Part shown: positions 39,538 to 50,048 of the stretch, piece after piece
Layout: the number at the start of each line of letters is the position of its first letter
Position numbering within the stretch: the first letter of the stretch is position 1
Sequence record: NZ_CP094333.1
Source of the DNA: a plasmid
DNA: 64,000 nucleotides
Strand: one strand, 5' to 3'
Notes under the pieces: model-generated
The model's database searches: none
Seen by the model: the letters and a program-made list of their open reading frames with translations, nothing else
Told to the model about the DNA's origin: nothing
Program-made: the position numbers and the translations under genes

Positions 39538-40377
39538 CTAGGCATGATCTAACCCTCGGTCTCTGGCGTCGCGACTGCGAAATTTCGCGAGGGTTTCCGA
39601 GAAGGTGATTGCGCTTCGCAGATCTCCAGGCGCGTGGGTGCGGACGTAGTCAGCGCCATTGCCGATCGCGTGAAGTTCCGCCGCAAGGCTCGCTGGACCC
39701 AGATCCTTTACAGGAAGGCCAACGGTGGCGCCCAAGAAGGATTTCCGCGACACCGAGACCAATAGCGGAAGCCCCAACGCCGACTTCAGCTTTTGAAGGT
39801 TCGACAGCACGTGCAGCGATGTTTCCGGTGCGGGGCTCAAGAAAAATCCCATCCCCGGATCGAGGATGAGCCGGTCGGCAGCGACCCCGCTCCGTCGCAA
39901 GGCGGAAACCCGCGCCTCGAAGAACCGCACAATCTCGTCGAGCGCGTCTTCGGGTCGAAGGTGACCGGTGCGGGTGGCGATGCCATCCCGCTGCGCTGAG
40001 TGCATAACCACCAGCCTGCAGTCCGCCTCAGCAATATCGGGATAGAGCGCAGGGTCAGGAAATCCTTGGATATCGTTCAGGTAGCCCACGCCGCGCTTGA
40101 GCGCATAGCGCTGGGTTTCCGGTTGGAAGCTGTCGATTGAAACACGGTGCATCTGATCGGACAGGGCGTCTAAGAGCGGCGCAATACGTCTGATCTCATC
40201 GGCCGGCGATACAGGCCTCGCGTCCGGATGGCTGGCGGCCGGTCCGACATCCACGACGTCTGATCCGACTCGCAGCATTTCGATCGCCGCGGTGACAGCG
40301 CCGGCGGGGTCTAGCCGCCGGCTCTCATCGAAGAAGGAGTCCTCGGTGAGATTCAGAATGCCGAACACCGTCACCAT
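39538..40377 (-). CDS. sul1: sulfonamide-resistant dihydropteroate synthase Sul1 (279 aa)
   Basis: [45 protein letters not shown]…. Confidence 0.95.
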   Translation of the reverse strand: MVTVFGILNLTEDSFFDESRRLDPAGAVTAAIEMLRVGSDVVDVGPAASHPDARPVSPADEIRRIAPLLDALSDQMHRVSIDSFQPETQRYALKRGVGYLNDIQGFPDPALYPDIAEADCRLVVMHSAQRDGIATRTGHLRPEDALDEIVRFFEARVSALRRSGVAADRLILDPGMGFFLSPAPETSLHVLSNLQKLKSALGLPLLVSVSRKSFLGATVGLPVKDLGPASLAAELHAIGNGADYVRTHAPGDLRSAITFSETLAKFRSRDARDRGLDHA

Positions 40378-40718
40378 GGCGTCGGCCTCCGCAGCGACTT
40401 CCACGATGGGGATCGGGCGAGCAAAAAGGCAGCAATTATGAGCCCCATACCTACAAAGCCCCACGCATCAAGCTTTTGCCCATGAAGCAACCAGGCAATG
40501 GCTGTAATTATGACGACGCCGAGTCCCGACCAGACTGCATAAGCAACACCGACAGGGATGGATTTCAGAACCAGAGAAAGAAAATAAAATGCGATGCCAT
40601 AACCGATTATGACAACGGCGGAAGGGGCAAGCTTAGTAAAGCCCTCGCTAGATTTTAATGCGGATGTTGCGATTACTTCGCCAACTATTGCGATAACAAG
40701 AAAAAGCCAGCCTTTCAT
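40371..40718 (-). CDS. qacEdelta1: QacEdelta1 SMR efflux protein (115 aa)
   Basis: [69 protein letters not shown]…. Confidence 0.9.
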   Translation of the reverse strand: MKGWLFLVIAIVGEVIATSALKSSEGFTKLAPSAVVIIGYGIAFYFLSLVLKSIPVGVAYAVWSGLGVVIITAIAWLLHGQKLDAWGFVGMGLIIAAFLLARSPSWKSLRRPTPW

Positions 40719-40881
40719 GATATATCTCCCAATTTGTGTAGGGCTTATTATGCACGCTTAAAAATAATAAAAGCAGACTTGACCTGATAGTTTGGCTGTG
40801 AGCAATTATGTGCTTAGTGCATCTAACGCCGGAGTTAAGCCGCCGCGCGTAGCGCGGTCGGCTTGAACGAATTGTTAGACA

Positions 40882-41673
40882 TCATTTACCAACTGACTTG
40901 ATGATCTCGCCTTTCACAAAGCGAATAAATTCTTCCAAGTGATCTGCGCGTGAGGCCAAGTGATCTTCTTTTTGTCCCAGATAAGCTTGCTTAGCTTCAA
41001 GTAAGACGGGCTGATACTGGGCAGGTAGGCGTTTTATTGCCCAGTCGGCAGCGACATCCTTCGGCGCGATTTTACCGGTTATTGCGCTGTACCAAATGCG
41101 GGACAACGTAAGCACTACATTTCGCTCATCGCCGGCCCAGTCGGGCTGCGAGTTCCATAGCTTCAAGGTTTCCCTCAGCGCCTCGAATAGATCCTGTTCA
41201 GGAACCGGGTCAAAGAATTCCTCCGCTGCCGGACCTACCAAGGCAACGCTATGTTCTCTTGCTTTTGTAAGCAGGATAGCTAGATCAATGTCGATCATGG
41301 CTGGCTCGAAGATACCCGCAAGAATGTCATTGCGCTGCCATTCTCCAAATTGCAGCTCGCGCTTAGCCGGATAACGCCACGGGATGATGTCGTCATGCAC
41401 GACAAGGGTGACTTCTATAGCGCGGAGCGTCTCGCTCTCGCCAGGGAAAGCCGAAGCCTCCATAAGATCATTGAGCAATGCTCGCCGCGTCGTTTCATCA
41501 AGCTTTACGGCCACAGTAACCAACAAATCAATATCGCTGTATGGCTTCAGGCCGCCATCCACTGCGGAGCCGTACAAATGCACGGCCAGCAACGTTGATT
41601 CCAGATGGCGCTCAATGACGCTTAGCACCTCTGATAGTTGGTTCGAAATTTCGATGGTCACCGCTTCCCTCAT
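40882..41673 (-). CDS. aadA2: aminoglycoside (3'')(9) adenylyltransferase AadA2 cassette
   Basis: MREAVTIEISNQLSEVLSVIERHLESTLLAVHLYGSAVDGGLKPYSDIDLL… matches the aadA2 rather than the aadA1 pattern. Confidence 0.9.
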   Translation of the reverse strand: MREAVTIEISNQLSEVLSVIERHLESTLLAVHLYGSAVDGGLKPYSDIDLLVTVAVKLDETTRRALLNDLMEASAFPGESETLRAIEVTLVVHDDIIPWRYPAKRELQFGEWQRNDILAGIFEPAMIDIDLAILLTKAREHSVALVGPAAEEFFDPVPEQDLFEALRETLKLWNSQPDWAGDERNVVLTLSRIWYSAITGKIAPKDVAADWAIKRLPAQYQPVLLEAKQAYLGQKEDHLASRADHLEEFIRFVKGEIIKSVGK

Positions 41674-41678
41674 GATGT

Positions 41679-41969
41679 CTAACGGGCGAGGTAAGCCGAC
41701 CGCAGAATGCGGGTCGGCTTGACCGAAATGTTAGAACCAGAAGCCAAAACGGATAACTTGAATTTGGCGACGGGCGCTAACCGTGAAAAAACGCTGCGCC
41801 ACCGAGGCGGCACAGCACTGCAAAAACGATAGCTGCTTGCGCTTGCTACGCAAGGGCTAGAGGCCAAAAAGACTGAAAACCTGCGCAGCCCATGCAGGCG
41901 AAGCCCGGAAAAAAGGCAAAACAGGCACTGAATAACGCCTGAAAAGCTAAATGCCGTTTGAATAAACAT
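41679..41969 (-). CDS. gcuF: gene cassette of unknown function (orfF/gcuF, 96 aa)
   Basis: Located between aadA2 and dfrA12, as in the dfrA12-orfF-aadA2 array. Confidence 0.6.
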   Translation of the reverse strand: MFIQTAFSFSGVIQCLFCLFSGLRLHGLRRFSVFLASSPCVASASSYRFCSAVPPRWRSVFSRLAPVAKFKLSVLASGSNISVKPTRILRSAYLAR

Positions 41970-42080
41970 GAGCTAAATAAAGCTGGGTTTAAGTGGTGCT
42001 AACGTTGGACGTAACGAGAGCCGGAGCGCAGCGGAGGGAACCAAAATGCGCAGCATTTTGGCGTCCCGTTGACGGAATGG

Positions 42081-42578
42081 TTAGCCGTTTCGACGCGCAT
42101 AAACGGAGTGGGTGTACGGAATTACAGCTTGAATGGTTTCGGTTGAGACAAGCTCGAATTCTGTTTCGTTGAGCATTGGGAAGAAGGCGTCACCCTCGAA
42201 GGTTTGATGTACCTCAGATAGAAACACGCCGTGGGCGTGAGGTAGTGCCAGAGTGTATATCTCAGCTCCGCCCGCGACGTAGAGTTCATTGCCGAGTTCG
42301 GATGCCAAAGCGATAGCGTGCGACAGCGTTGAAACAACTACGCAGCCAGTGGCGCGGTAGTTAGCTTGGCGTGAGATTACCAATGTGTGACGGTTCGGTA
42401 GAGGCTTGCCGATAGACTCAAAGGTCTTTCGCCCCATGACAACGACTTTTCCCTCAGTGAGTCTGCGAAAAATCTTCTGCTCACCCGGAATTTTCCAGGG
42501 GATATTAGGACCATTGCCAATAACCCGATTGGCTCCCATCGCAGCAACGAGATAAATGCGTACTGATTCCGAGTTCAT
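42081..42578 (-). CDS. dfrA12: trimethoprim-resistant dihydrofolate reductase DfrA12 (165 aa)
   Basis: MNSESVRIYLVAAMGANRVIGNGPNIPWKIPGEQKIFRRLTEGKVVVMGRKTFESIG…. Confidence 0.9.
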   Translation of the reverse strand: MNSESVRIYLVAAMGANRVIGNGPNIPWKIPGEQKIFRRLTEGKVVVMGRKTFESIGKPLPNRHTLVISRQANYRATGCVVVSTLSHAIALASELGNELYVAGGAEIYTLALPHAHGVFLSEVHQTFEGDAFFPMLNETEFELVSTETIQAVIPYTHSVYARRNG

Positions 42579-42722
42579 ATGGCTAACTTTGTTTTAGGGC
42601 GACTGCCCTGCTGCGTAACATCGTTGCTGCTCCATAACATCAAACATCGACCCACGGCGTAACGCGCTTGCTGCTTGGATGCCCGAGGCATAGACTGTAC
42701 AAAAAAACAGTCATAACAAGCC

Positions 42723-43086
42723 ATGAAAACCGCCACTGCGCCGTTACCACCGCTGCGTTCGGTCAAGGTTCTGGACCAGTTGCGTGAGCGCATACGCTAC
42801 TTGCATTACAGCTTACCAACCGAACAGGCTTATGTCCACTGGGTTCGTGCCTTCATCCGTTTCCACGGTGTGCGTCACCCGGCAACCTTGGGCAGCAGCG
42901 AAGTCGAGGCATTTCTGTCCTGGCTGGCGAACGAGCGCAAGGTTTCGGTCTCCACGCATCGTCAGGCATTGGCGGCCTTGCTGTTCTTCTACGGCAAGGT
43001 GCTGTGCACGGATCTGCCCTGGCTTCAGGAGATCGGAAGACCTCGGCCGTCGCGGCGCTTGCCGGTGGTGCTGACCCCGGATGAAG
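42723..43086 (+). pseudogene. intI1: class 1 integron integrase intI1, 5' fragment (about 121 codons) truncated by IS26
   Basis: [94 protein letters not shown]… It runs into the IS26 IR at 43087. Confidence 0.85.
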
Positions 43087-43906
43087 GGCACTGTTGCAAA
43101 GTTAGCGATGAGGCAGCCTTTTGTCTTATTCAAAGGCCTTACATTTCAAAAACTCTGCTTACCAGGCGCATTTCGCCCAGGGGATCACCATAATAAAATG
43201 CTGAGGCCTGGCCTTTGCGTAGTGCACGCATCACCTCAATACCTTTGATGGTGGCGTAAGCCGTCTTCATGGATTTAAATCCCAGCGTGGCGCCGATTAT
43301 CCGTTTCAGTTTGCCATGATCGCATTCAATCACGTTGTTCCGGTACTTAATCTGTCGGTGTTCAACGTCAGACGGGCACCGGCCTTCGCGTTTGAGCAGA
43401 GCAAGCGCGCGACCATAGGCGGGCGCTTTATCCGTGTTGATGAATCGCGGGATCTGCCACTTCTTCACGTTGTTGAGGATTTTACCCAGAAACCGGTATG
43501 CAGCTTTGCTGTTACGACGGGAGGAGAGATAAAAATCGACAGTGCGGCCCCGGCTGTCGACGGCCCGGTACAGATACGCCCAGCGGCCATTGACCTTCAC
43601 GTAGGTTTCATCCATGTGCCACGGGCAAAGATCGGAAGGGTTACGCCAGTACCAGCGCAGCCGTTTTTCCATTTCAGGCGCATAACGCTGAACCCAGCGG
43701 TAAATCGTGGAGTGATCGACATTCACTCCGCGTTCAGCCAGCATCTCCTGCAGCTCACGGTAACTGATGCCGTATTTGCAGTACCAGCGTACGGCCCACA
43801 GAATGATGTCACGCTGAAAATGCCGGCCTTTGAATGGGTTCATGTGCAGCTCCATCAGCAAAAGGGGATGATAAGTTTATCACCACCGACTATTTGCAAC
43901 AGTGCC
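43087..43906 (-). mobile_element. IS26 (820 bp), same orientation as the 32762-33581 copy
   Basis: IRs GGCACTGTTGCAAA at 43087 and the reverse complement ending at 43906. tnp26 is at 43139-43861. Confidence 0.95.
43139..43861 (-). CDS. tnpA: IS26 transposase Tnp26 (240 aa)
   Basis: Identical in pattern to the first copy, apart from one residue (…[10 protein letters not shown]… versus …KRIINATLGF…). Confidence 0.95.
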   Translation of the reverse strand: MLMELHMNPFKGRHFQRDIILWAVRWYCKYGISYRELQEMLAERGVNVDHSTIYRWVQRYAPEMEKRLRWYWRNPSDLCPWHMDETYVKVNGRWAYLYRAVDSRGRTVDFYLSSRRNSKAAYRFLGKILNNVKKWQIPRFINTDKAPAYGRALALLKREGRCPSDVEHRQIKYRNNVIECDHGKLKRIIGATLGFKSMKTAYATIKGIEVMRALRKGQASAFYYGDPLGEMRLVSRVFEM

Positions 43907-45423
43907 ACTTCGACGACTACCTGCTGCCGGCCGAGAAGTTCGCCGCACTCAAGCGCGAGCAGGCCCTGCCCCTGGCGATCAACCCGAACAGCGACCAGTA
44001 CCTGGAAGAGCGTTTGCAGCTGCTGGACGAGCAGTTGGCCACCGTCACCCGCCTGGCCAAGGACAACGAGCTGCCCGATGCCATCCTCACCGAGTCAGGG
44101 CTGAAAATCACCCCGCTGGATGCGGCGGTGCCGGATCGGGCGCAGGCGCTGATCGACCAAACCAGCCAGTTACTGCCGCGCATCAAGATCACCGAACTGC
44201 TGATGGACGTGGACGACTGGACGGGCTTCAGCCGCCACTTCACCCACTTGAAGGACGGGGCCGAGGCCAAAGACAGGACGTTGCTGCTGTCCGCAATCCT
44301 CGGTGATGCGATCAACCTCGGGCTGACCAAGATGGCCGAGTCGAGCCCCGGCCTGACCTACGCCAAGCTGTCCTGGCTGCAAGCCTGGCACATCCGCGAC
44401 GAAACCTATTCGGCGGCCTTGGCCGAGCTGGTCAACCACCAGTATCGCCACGCCTTTGCCGCCCACTGGGGCGACGGCACGACCTCATCCTCCGATGGCC
44501 AGCGCTTCCGCGCGGGTGGCCGGGGCGAGAGCACCGGGCACGTCAACCCGAAGTACGGTAGCGAGCCGGGACGGCTGTTCTATACCCATATCTCCGACCA
44601 GTACGCGCCGTTCAGCACCCGCGTGGTGAATGTCGGCGTCCGCGATTCCACCTATGTGCTCGACGGCCTGCTGTACCACGAGTCCGACCTGCGGATCGAG
44701 GAGCACTACACCGACACGGCCGGCTTCACCGATCACGTCTTTGCCCTGATGCACCTGCTAGGCTTCCGCTTCGCGCCGCGCATCCGCGACCTCGGCGAAA
44801 CCAAGCTGTACGTGCCGCAGGGCGTGCAAGCCTACCCGACGTTGCGCCCGCTGATCGGCGGCACCCTGAACATCAAGCACGTGCGTGCCCACTGGGACGA
44901 CATCCTGCGCCTGGCCAGCTCGATCAAGCAGGGCACCGTCACCGCCTCGCTGATGCTGCGCAAGCTCGGCAGCTACCCGCGCCAGAACGGACTGGCCGTG
45001 GCCCTGCGCGAGCTGGGCCGGATCGAGCGCACGCTGTTCATCCTGGACTGGCTGCAAAGTGTTGAACTGCGCCGCCGCGTGCATGCCGGCCTGAACAAAG
45101 GTGAGGCGCGCAACTCGCTGGCCAGGGCGGTGTTCTTCAACCGCCTTGGGGAAATCAGGGATCGGAGCTTCGAGCAGCAGCGCTACCGGGCCAGCGGCCT
45201 CAACCTGGTGACGGCGGCTATCGTGCTGTGGAACACGGTGTACCTGGAACGCGCCACCCAGGGGTTGGTCGAGGCCGGCAAGCCGGTGGACGGCGAGCTG
45301 CTGCAATTCCTGTCGCCGCTGGGCTGGGAGCACATCAACCTAACCGGCGATTACGTCTGGCGGCAGAGCCGCAGACTGGAAGACGGGAAGTTTCGGCCCT
45401 TACGGATGCCCGGAAAACCTTAG
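43907..45423 (+). pseudogene. tnpA: Tn3-family (Tn1721/Tn21-subgroup) transposase tnpA, 3' fragment (about 505 codons) truncated by IS26
   Basis: High-GC ORF …[36 protein letters not shown]…, the C-terminal catalytic region of Tn3-family TnpA. Followed by the terminal IR. Confidence 0.8.
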
Positions 45424-45456
45424 CGTACGATTTTTTCCGAATTCTGCGGGCTCCCC
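45419..45456. repeat. 38-bp terminal inverted repeat of a Tn1721/Tn21-family transposon
   Basis: The reverse complement reads GGGGAGCCCGCAGAATTCGGAAAAAATCGTACGCTAAG. Confidence 0.75.
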
Positions 45457-45723
45457 TAAGAACACGCCTGTGCACGGTTTACACATCATCCCATGGTGGC
45501 AGCCGGTTAACTTTCCTGCGCCACCAGTGGATAGGAGATATGATCAGTCATAACATTAAGTCTAAAATTACAGACATCTCAAAAAGTCTGTAGCATAAAA
45601 GAGGCCTGATGTAGAATACTGTGCAAAATAGAATATTAAAAGGATTTGATATATCCCCTGTTCACAGTTATATGTTTCTGAATTACATGGTGAATTCCCC
45701 CAACATAATGCTAGGATTTAAAA

Positions 45724-47279
45724 ATGGCAGAAAAAAAGAAAAAAACTATTACTGGTCAAGTCTTGAACTCCATTAAAATTAACAAACTAAAATGTATAAA
45801 TGGATTAAACGAGATTATTTTTAAACCTCATGCGTTAACCGCAATTTTAGGTCCAAATGGAAGCGGAAAATCAACAATACTCCATGCCATAGCAAGCATA
45901 TACATGCCTGAAAAAGGTTTCCCCGGTGAAGACCATCGGTTAATGCATTTTTTTCCACGCAGTCCACATGCTGAATGGAACGGCAGTGACTTCATTGTAA
46001 ATTTAACTTATCGTAAAGATGGTGTAATGATTGAAAATGAATTAAAAAATTATGGAAAAGCTGATGTTCGAGGCTCACGATGGATTCAGATTTATGCTCG
46101 TCGTCCTTTAAGAGAAGTTTACTATCTTGGCATTGATAAATGTGTTCCTATAATAGAATCAGAAAAAAAGATAATATTCAGTATGAAACCAGCAGTGTCA
46201 GTAATGATTTAATAACAAACATTCTTCATTACGCCTCCTATATACTTAATAAACCATATACAAGTTTCAATCAACATCAACAACCCAATGGAAAAATATT
46301 GATTGGAGTTGAGTCAGAGGGACTGGCCTACTCATCATTAAGTATGAGCGCAGGAGAGCAAAAGATATTTTTAATTCTGGAAACAATATTAAAAGCGGAC
46401 AAGAACGCCTTAATATTAATCGATGAATTAGATTTGCTGTTGCATGACGAAGCATTGAAAAAGTTAATAGACGTCATATCAACTCATGCCGAAGATAAAA
46501 ATAAACAAATCATCTTCACTACCCATAGAGAAATGGTAACCACTTTATCAGACAAGATAAATATAAGACACGTCGTAAACATTCAAGGCCGTAGTTATTC
46601 ATTTGAAGAAACAAAACCTGATGCTATAAACAGATTAACAGGTAAATCAACAACTCCCATTGAAATATATGTGGAAGATGATCTTGCTGTTGCAATAATA
46701 AATAAAATATGTTCTTCACTTAAGGCCAGCAGATATGTGAAAATATTTAAATTTGGCGCAGCTTCAAACGCATTCACTCTACTTGCCAGTACACTTATTC
46801 GTGGAGATAATCTATCTGATAAACTTTATATTCTTGATGGCGATAAATACTCCACAGAAAATGAAAAGAAAGCTGCTCTTGATAAAGTTTTCACCGGCAC
46901 AGAATCACGAACTTATGAGTTAAAAGCGGCAGCGGAAGGAAAAATAAAACAATTTAATCTCCCAAATGGAGTTAAGCCTGAACAATACATTCATTATCTT
47001 ATTACAAATGTCCCACTGGACGGATTGGGTGGAGAATATTTAGAAATAATAGAAGCAGCAAGGGATATCAGAGTTGAACTTGATGCTCATAATTATATCT
47101 CGAACATTTTAACTAAATTGGGCATTGATCGTCCGTCCGGGTTAACACGAGTGATGGATCTGGCCTCCAGGCATCCCGAATGGCATCAGTATGTAAGTGA
47201 AGTCACTGACTGGTTACAGCCCGTAGTTTCTGATTTAATGGAACGATTACCTGAGAATGATACAGTAGATATAACTTAA
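45724..47279 (+). pseudogene. OLD-family-like ABC ATPase + TOPRIM nuclease gene (about 518 codons) interrupted by a frameshift in an A7 run at 46160-46166
   Basis: ORF 45724-46212 carries Walker A GPNGSGKST. ORF 46140-47279 carries the ABC signature LSMSAGEQK, Walker B ALILIDELD, and TOPRIM-like IYVEDDLAV…YILDGDKYS. The frames rejoin cleanly if one A is added or removed. Confidence 0.55.
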
Positions 47280-47471
47280 AATATCCAACCATCCCGAATG
47301 AGCAAATACAAAAGCTCATTTGGGATAATGATTAATATAATTATGCTGGCTCATTTCATGCCTGTCAAAAAAACAACAAATTTTGTTCTGTTATTTTCTT
47401 AACGAAGATATTATGTTAATTGTGAAAATATGATATATATTATTATATAAGAACACATCGTAGAGGTTTTT

Positions 47472-48088
47472 ATGGGGAAATATCAGGAAGAAAAGAAAAC
47501 ACCCATCATTATGGTGAAAAAACGTCGCACTCTTTTACCCCCTTCCTTATCTGAAAAAACAGGTGTTATCGCACGTTCAGAGACGGTAAAGATGGAAGAT
47601 CCAGTATCTGTGGGAAGCAGTTCTCCTGCCGTCGATACTCATCCCCCTGAAGCTTCTGCCAGTAAGAAAAAAGAAAAAGACGCCGTTTTCCACGCCAGCC
47701 TCATTGGACTCATGAATTTACTCACAATTGCGTGGAAAAAGTTAAGTCTCTGTTTCCCCATCTTCGCGCAGAAAGCGGGGGATTTCTTCCACTGAAAATT
47801 GGCATAACCAATGATTTTGCCGCATTCCTGACAGAACACCCTGAGACAGAACTGACACTGGATGAATGGTCCTGTGCAATATCCTGCATCACCACCCGAC
47901 AGGTATATCTGCTGCGTACTGCTGTCGCAGGTATCCCTCGTTATGGACTGGATGGACTACCAGCAGGTCAGGTATCAGAATGCGATGCGCAGAATGCCAG
48001 ACGCTGGCTGGCAGTAAGGGAAAAACAGAAGCTAAAGATGAAAACCATGCAGGAACAGACCGCGTCAACCGAAAAAATTGAGCGGTAA
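47472..48088 (+). pseudogene. FinO/ProQ-family RNA chaperone-like gene split by a frameshift near a G5 run (about 47777)
   Basis: The C-terminal ORF (47732-48088) …PLKIGITNDFAAFLTEHPETELTLDEWSCAISCITTRQVYLLRTAVAGIPRYGLDGLPAGQVSECDAQNARRWLAVREKQKLK resembles the ProQ/FinO domain. The N-terminal ORF (47472-47795) is Lys-rich like FinO. Confidence 0.5.
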
Positions 48089-48146
48089 TTTCATCACGAT
48101 AACAGCAGGTTACCAACACAATGATATTCATTGTGAAGTATTCCTT

Positions 48147-49139
48147 TCAGGCCAGCTTATGTGTTTTTTGCAGGCTGCTGGTAGCCAGCAGCTTCAATTG
48201 ATCCCCAAAATCAGGGAAACCTGCTGTGGCAAGTACATCTGCAACAATGTCTGCTTTGGTATGACCACGTTCAAGCCAAACGAGTTTGAGTTTGACTCCT
48301 GACTTTATAGTATTGTGCATATTCCGAGGTAATTCTGAATTACCAAATGGGCATTCAAAGGCAATCATCGCCCTGAAAAAGCAGGCTAACCGTTCATCTG
48401 CAGGAATAGCAAACAGGTGCCATTGCTGACATAAAGCTGAAACCATCTGCATGTTTACATGGAAGCGACTCAATCTGCCCGTAAGCGGAACAGAAATTCC
48501 CAGACGGCATGCCTGATAACGGGCAGCTGCAAAATGATGTGAGCCACCTTCATTCAGCCAATACAGCTTACGCTCAGTCCACGGATATTCAGCAAAGCGC
48601 ATTCGATGGAGCCTTAACTCCCAGTACTGCATATTTTCTCTGAGATGTTCTTCATTTACCGGGGTAACCAGCCCAGGGCATCTCAGTAGAGGAAATTCAT
48701 AAATGTCACCAATATCATACATCTCAGATTTCGATGCGGAGATACCCTGAATATCGGTGATATCACACGAAAAATGAGGAATATCTTCTTTGCTAATCAG
48801 ATTCTGAACTTCGGGAACAACCATATGACATCGTTCTAAACCACGATAGTAGCCTGGCTTATAGAAATCTATCGTACATTGGCGAGAATCAGATGGTATC
48901 CATGATGGGGATATCCAGTCCTGCCAGTAAATCACCGATCGCGTCCATAGTGTATCGACAGGAGTTTTTAAAGGACACGGGATTAACTCCCCGGATGCAA
49001 TCGCTCTTTCAAGTTGCCCTGGTCGCCCCAGAGAATGTCTTATTTTTTCATAGCCCCATCCAACTATACTGCGCAAAACAGAAAGTTGAGTTTTATCTGA
49101 CAGCTCGGAAGATATGTATCTCTCTTTTTTATCATTCAT
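48147..49139 (-). CDS. hypothetical protein (330 aa), AT-rich, adjacent to oriV
   Basis: Clean ORF. No motif recognised. Possibly the IncI backbone gene at this position (yagA-like). That is recalled from IncI plasmid annotations and cannot be verified from this sequence. Confidence 0.5.
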   Translation of the reverse strand: MNDKKERYISSELSDKTQLSVLRSIVGWGYEKIRHSLGRPGQLERAIASGELIPCPLKTPVDTLWTRSVIYWQDWISPSWIPSDSRQCTIDFYKPGYYRGLERCHMVVPEVQNLISKEDIPHFSCDITDIQGISASKSEMYDIGDIYEFPLLRCPGLVTPVNEEHLRENMQYWELRLHRMRFAEYPWTERKLYWLNEGGSHHFAAARYQACRLGISVPLTGRLSRFHVNMQMVSALCQQWHLFAIPADERLACFFRAMIAFECPFGNSELPRNMHNTIKSGVKLKLVWLERGHTKADIVADVLATAGFPDFGDQLKLLATSSLQKTHKLA

Positions 49140-49299
49140 ATATTTTTATTCAGACGATCAATTTTTTCCTGATAATAATGATAAAAGTATTGATTGTTAA
49201 CAGATGCCGCGCCAGCGGCATGGAAGGCGGCACTCCATTGTTTCATATGATACCGGAGTAAAACCGCCGAAGCCCGGCGTAAGCCGGTACTGATTGATA

Positions 49300-50040
49300 G
49301 ATTTCGCCTATCCCATTCCCACCCTGCTAAGCCATACCCGCTTTCAGCCATGAGAGAGCTTCTGTGCGCGGTCGGAGTGGTCCCGACGAGGGTTTACCCG
49401 AAGTCGGGGCGTATCTCCGCGTTAGCGGGCCGTGAGGGCCGCTTACGAGCGTGTACTCGATACTTCCAGCCAGAAGACTGACAGCGATGGGAATGCTTAG
49501 TTACAACATTCATAATTAAAAGCGATGTTGTTCCCGCCCTTCGGGCGGGGGCGGCCTCGCTTTTCAGTTATGAGGGGTAGGCACGGTGCTGCGTTTGTGT
49601 GGCGTTTTTATTCCTGATGTTTTTTTGCTGTGGTTTCTGAATGGTGAGGTTCGGGGCCCGCGCGTTAGCGTGGGAGGTGCTTTTAGATTCTGAGCGGCGC
49701 GGCCCTGGCCGCTGCAAGCGAAGGCCTCTTTGTATTTGTTCACAGTGGTTTCAGAGATAAAGACTTTCCCTGCGGCGAAGCAACGCAGGGGATTAAATAA
49801 TGGGGTTAAGACTATATTGCAGGTTTGCTGTTTCAGGTTTGCAGCTTCTTAAACTTCTTTGTTTGCGGATTTATGTGGATAACTGAAACAACGTGGCCAC
49901 GTTCTGATGACTGATGCGTGGTTTTATGAGCAAATATGCCCCTCTGAGGGGATTTAAGGTGATTACTGCGGATTTTGGGCTGAGCGATACCTGCGCCGAA
50001 AGCCCCGGAGGGGCTGGCGATGATTCAGTGCTGAGGGAAT
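49300..50040. promoter_or_regulatory. probable oriV / CIS region downstream of repZ
   Basis: DnaA box ttatccaca (reverse complement of 49875-49883 tgtggataa). GC-rich hairpins (cccgcccttcgggcggg), an AT-rich stretch, and a position 3' of repZ as in IncI1/IncFII replicons. Confidence 0.4.
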
Positions 50041-50048
50041 GGTGCTGT

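Noticed and set aside
43917-45333. Minus-strand ORFs (137, 98, 89 and 191 aa) inside the Tn3-family tnpA fragment
   Set aside because: They are antisense shadow ORFs in roughly 65% GC DNA with Arg/Ala-rich composition. The plus frame matches Tn3-family TnpA.
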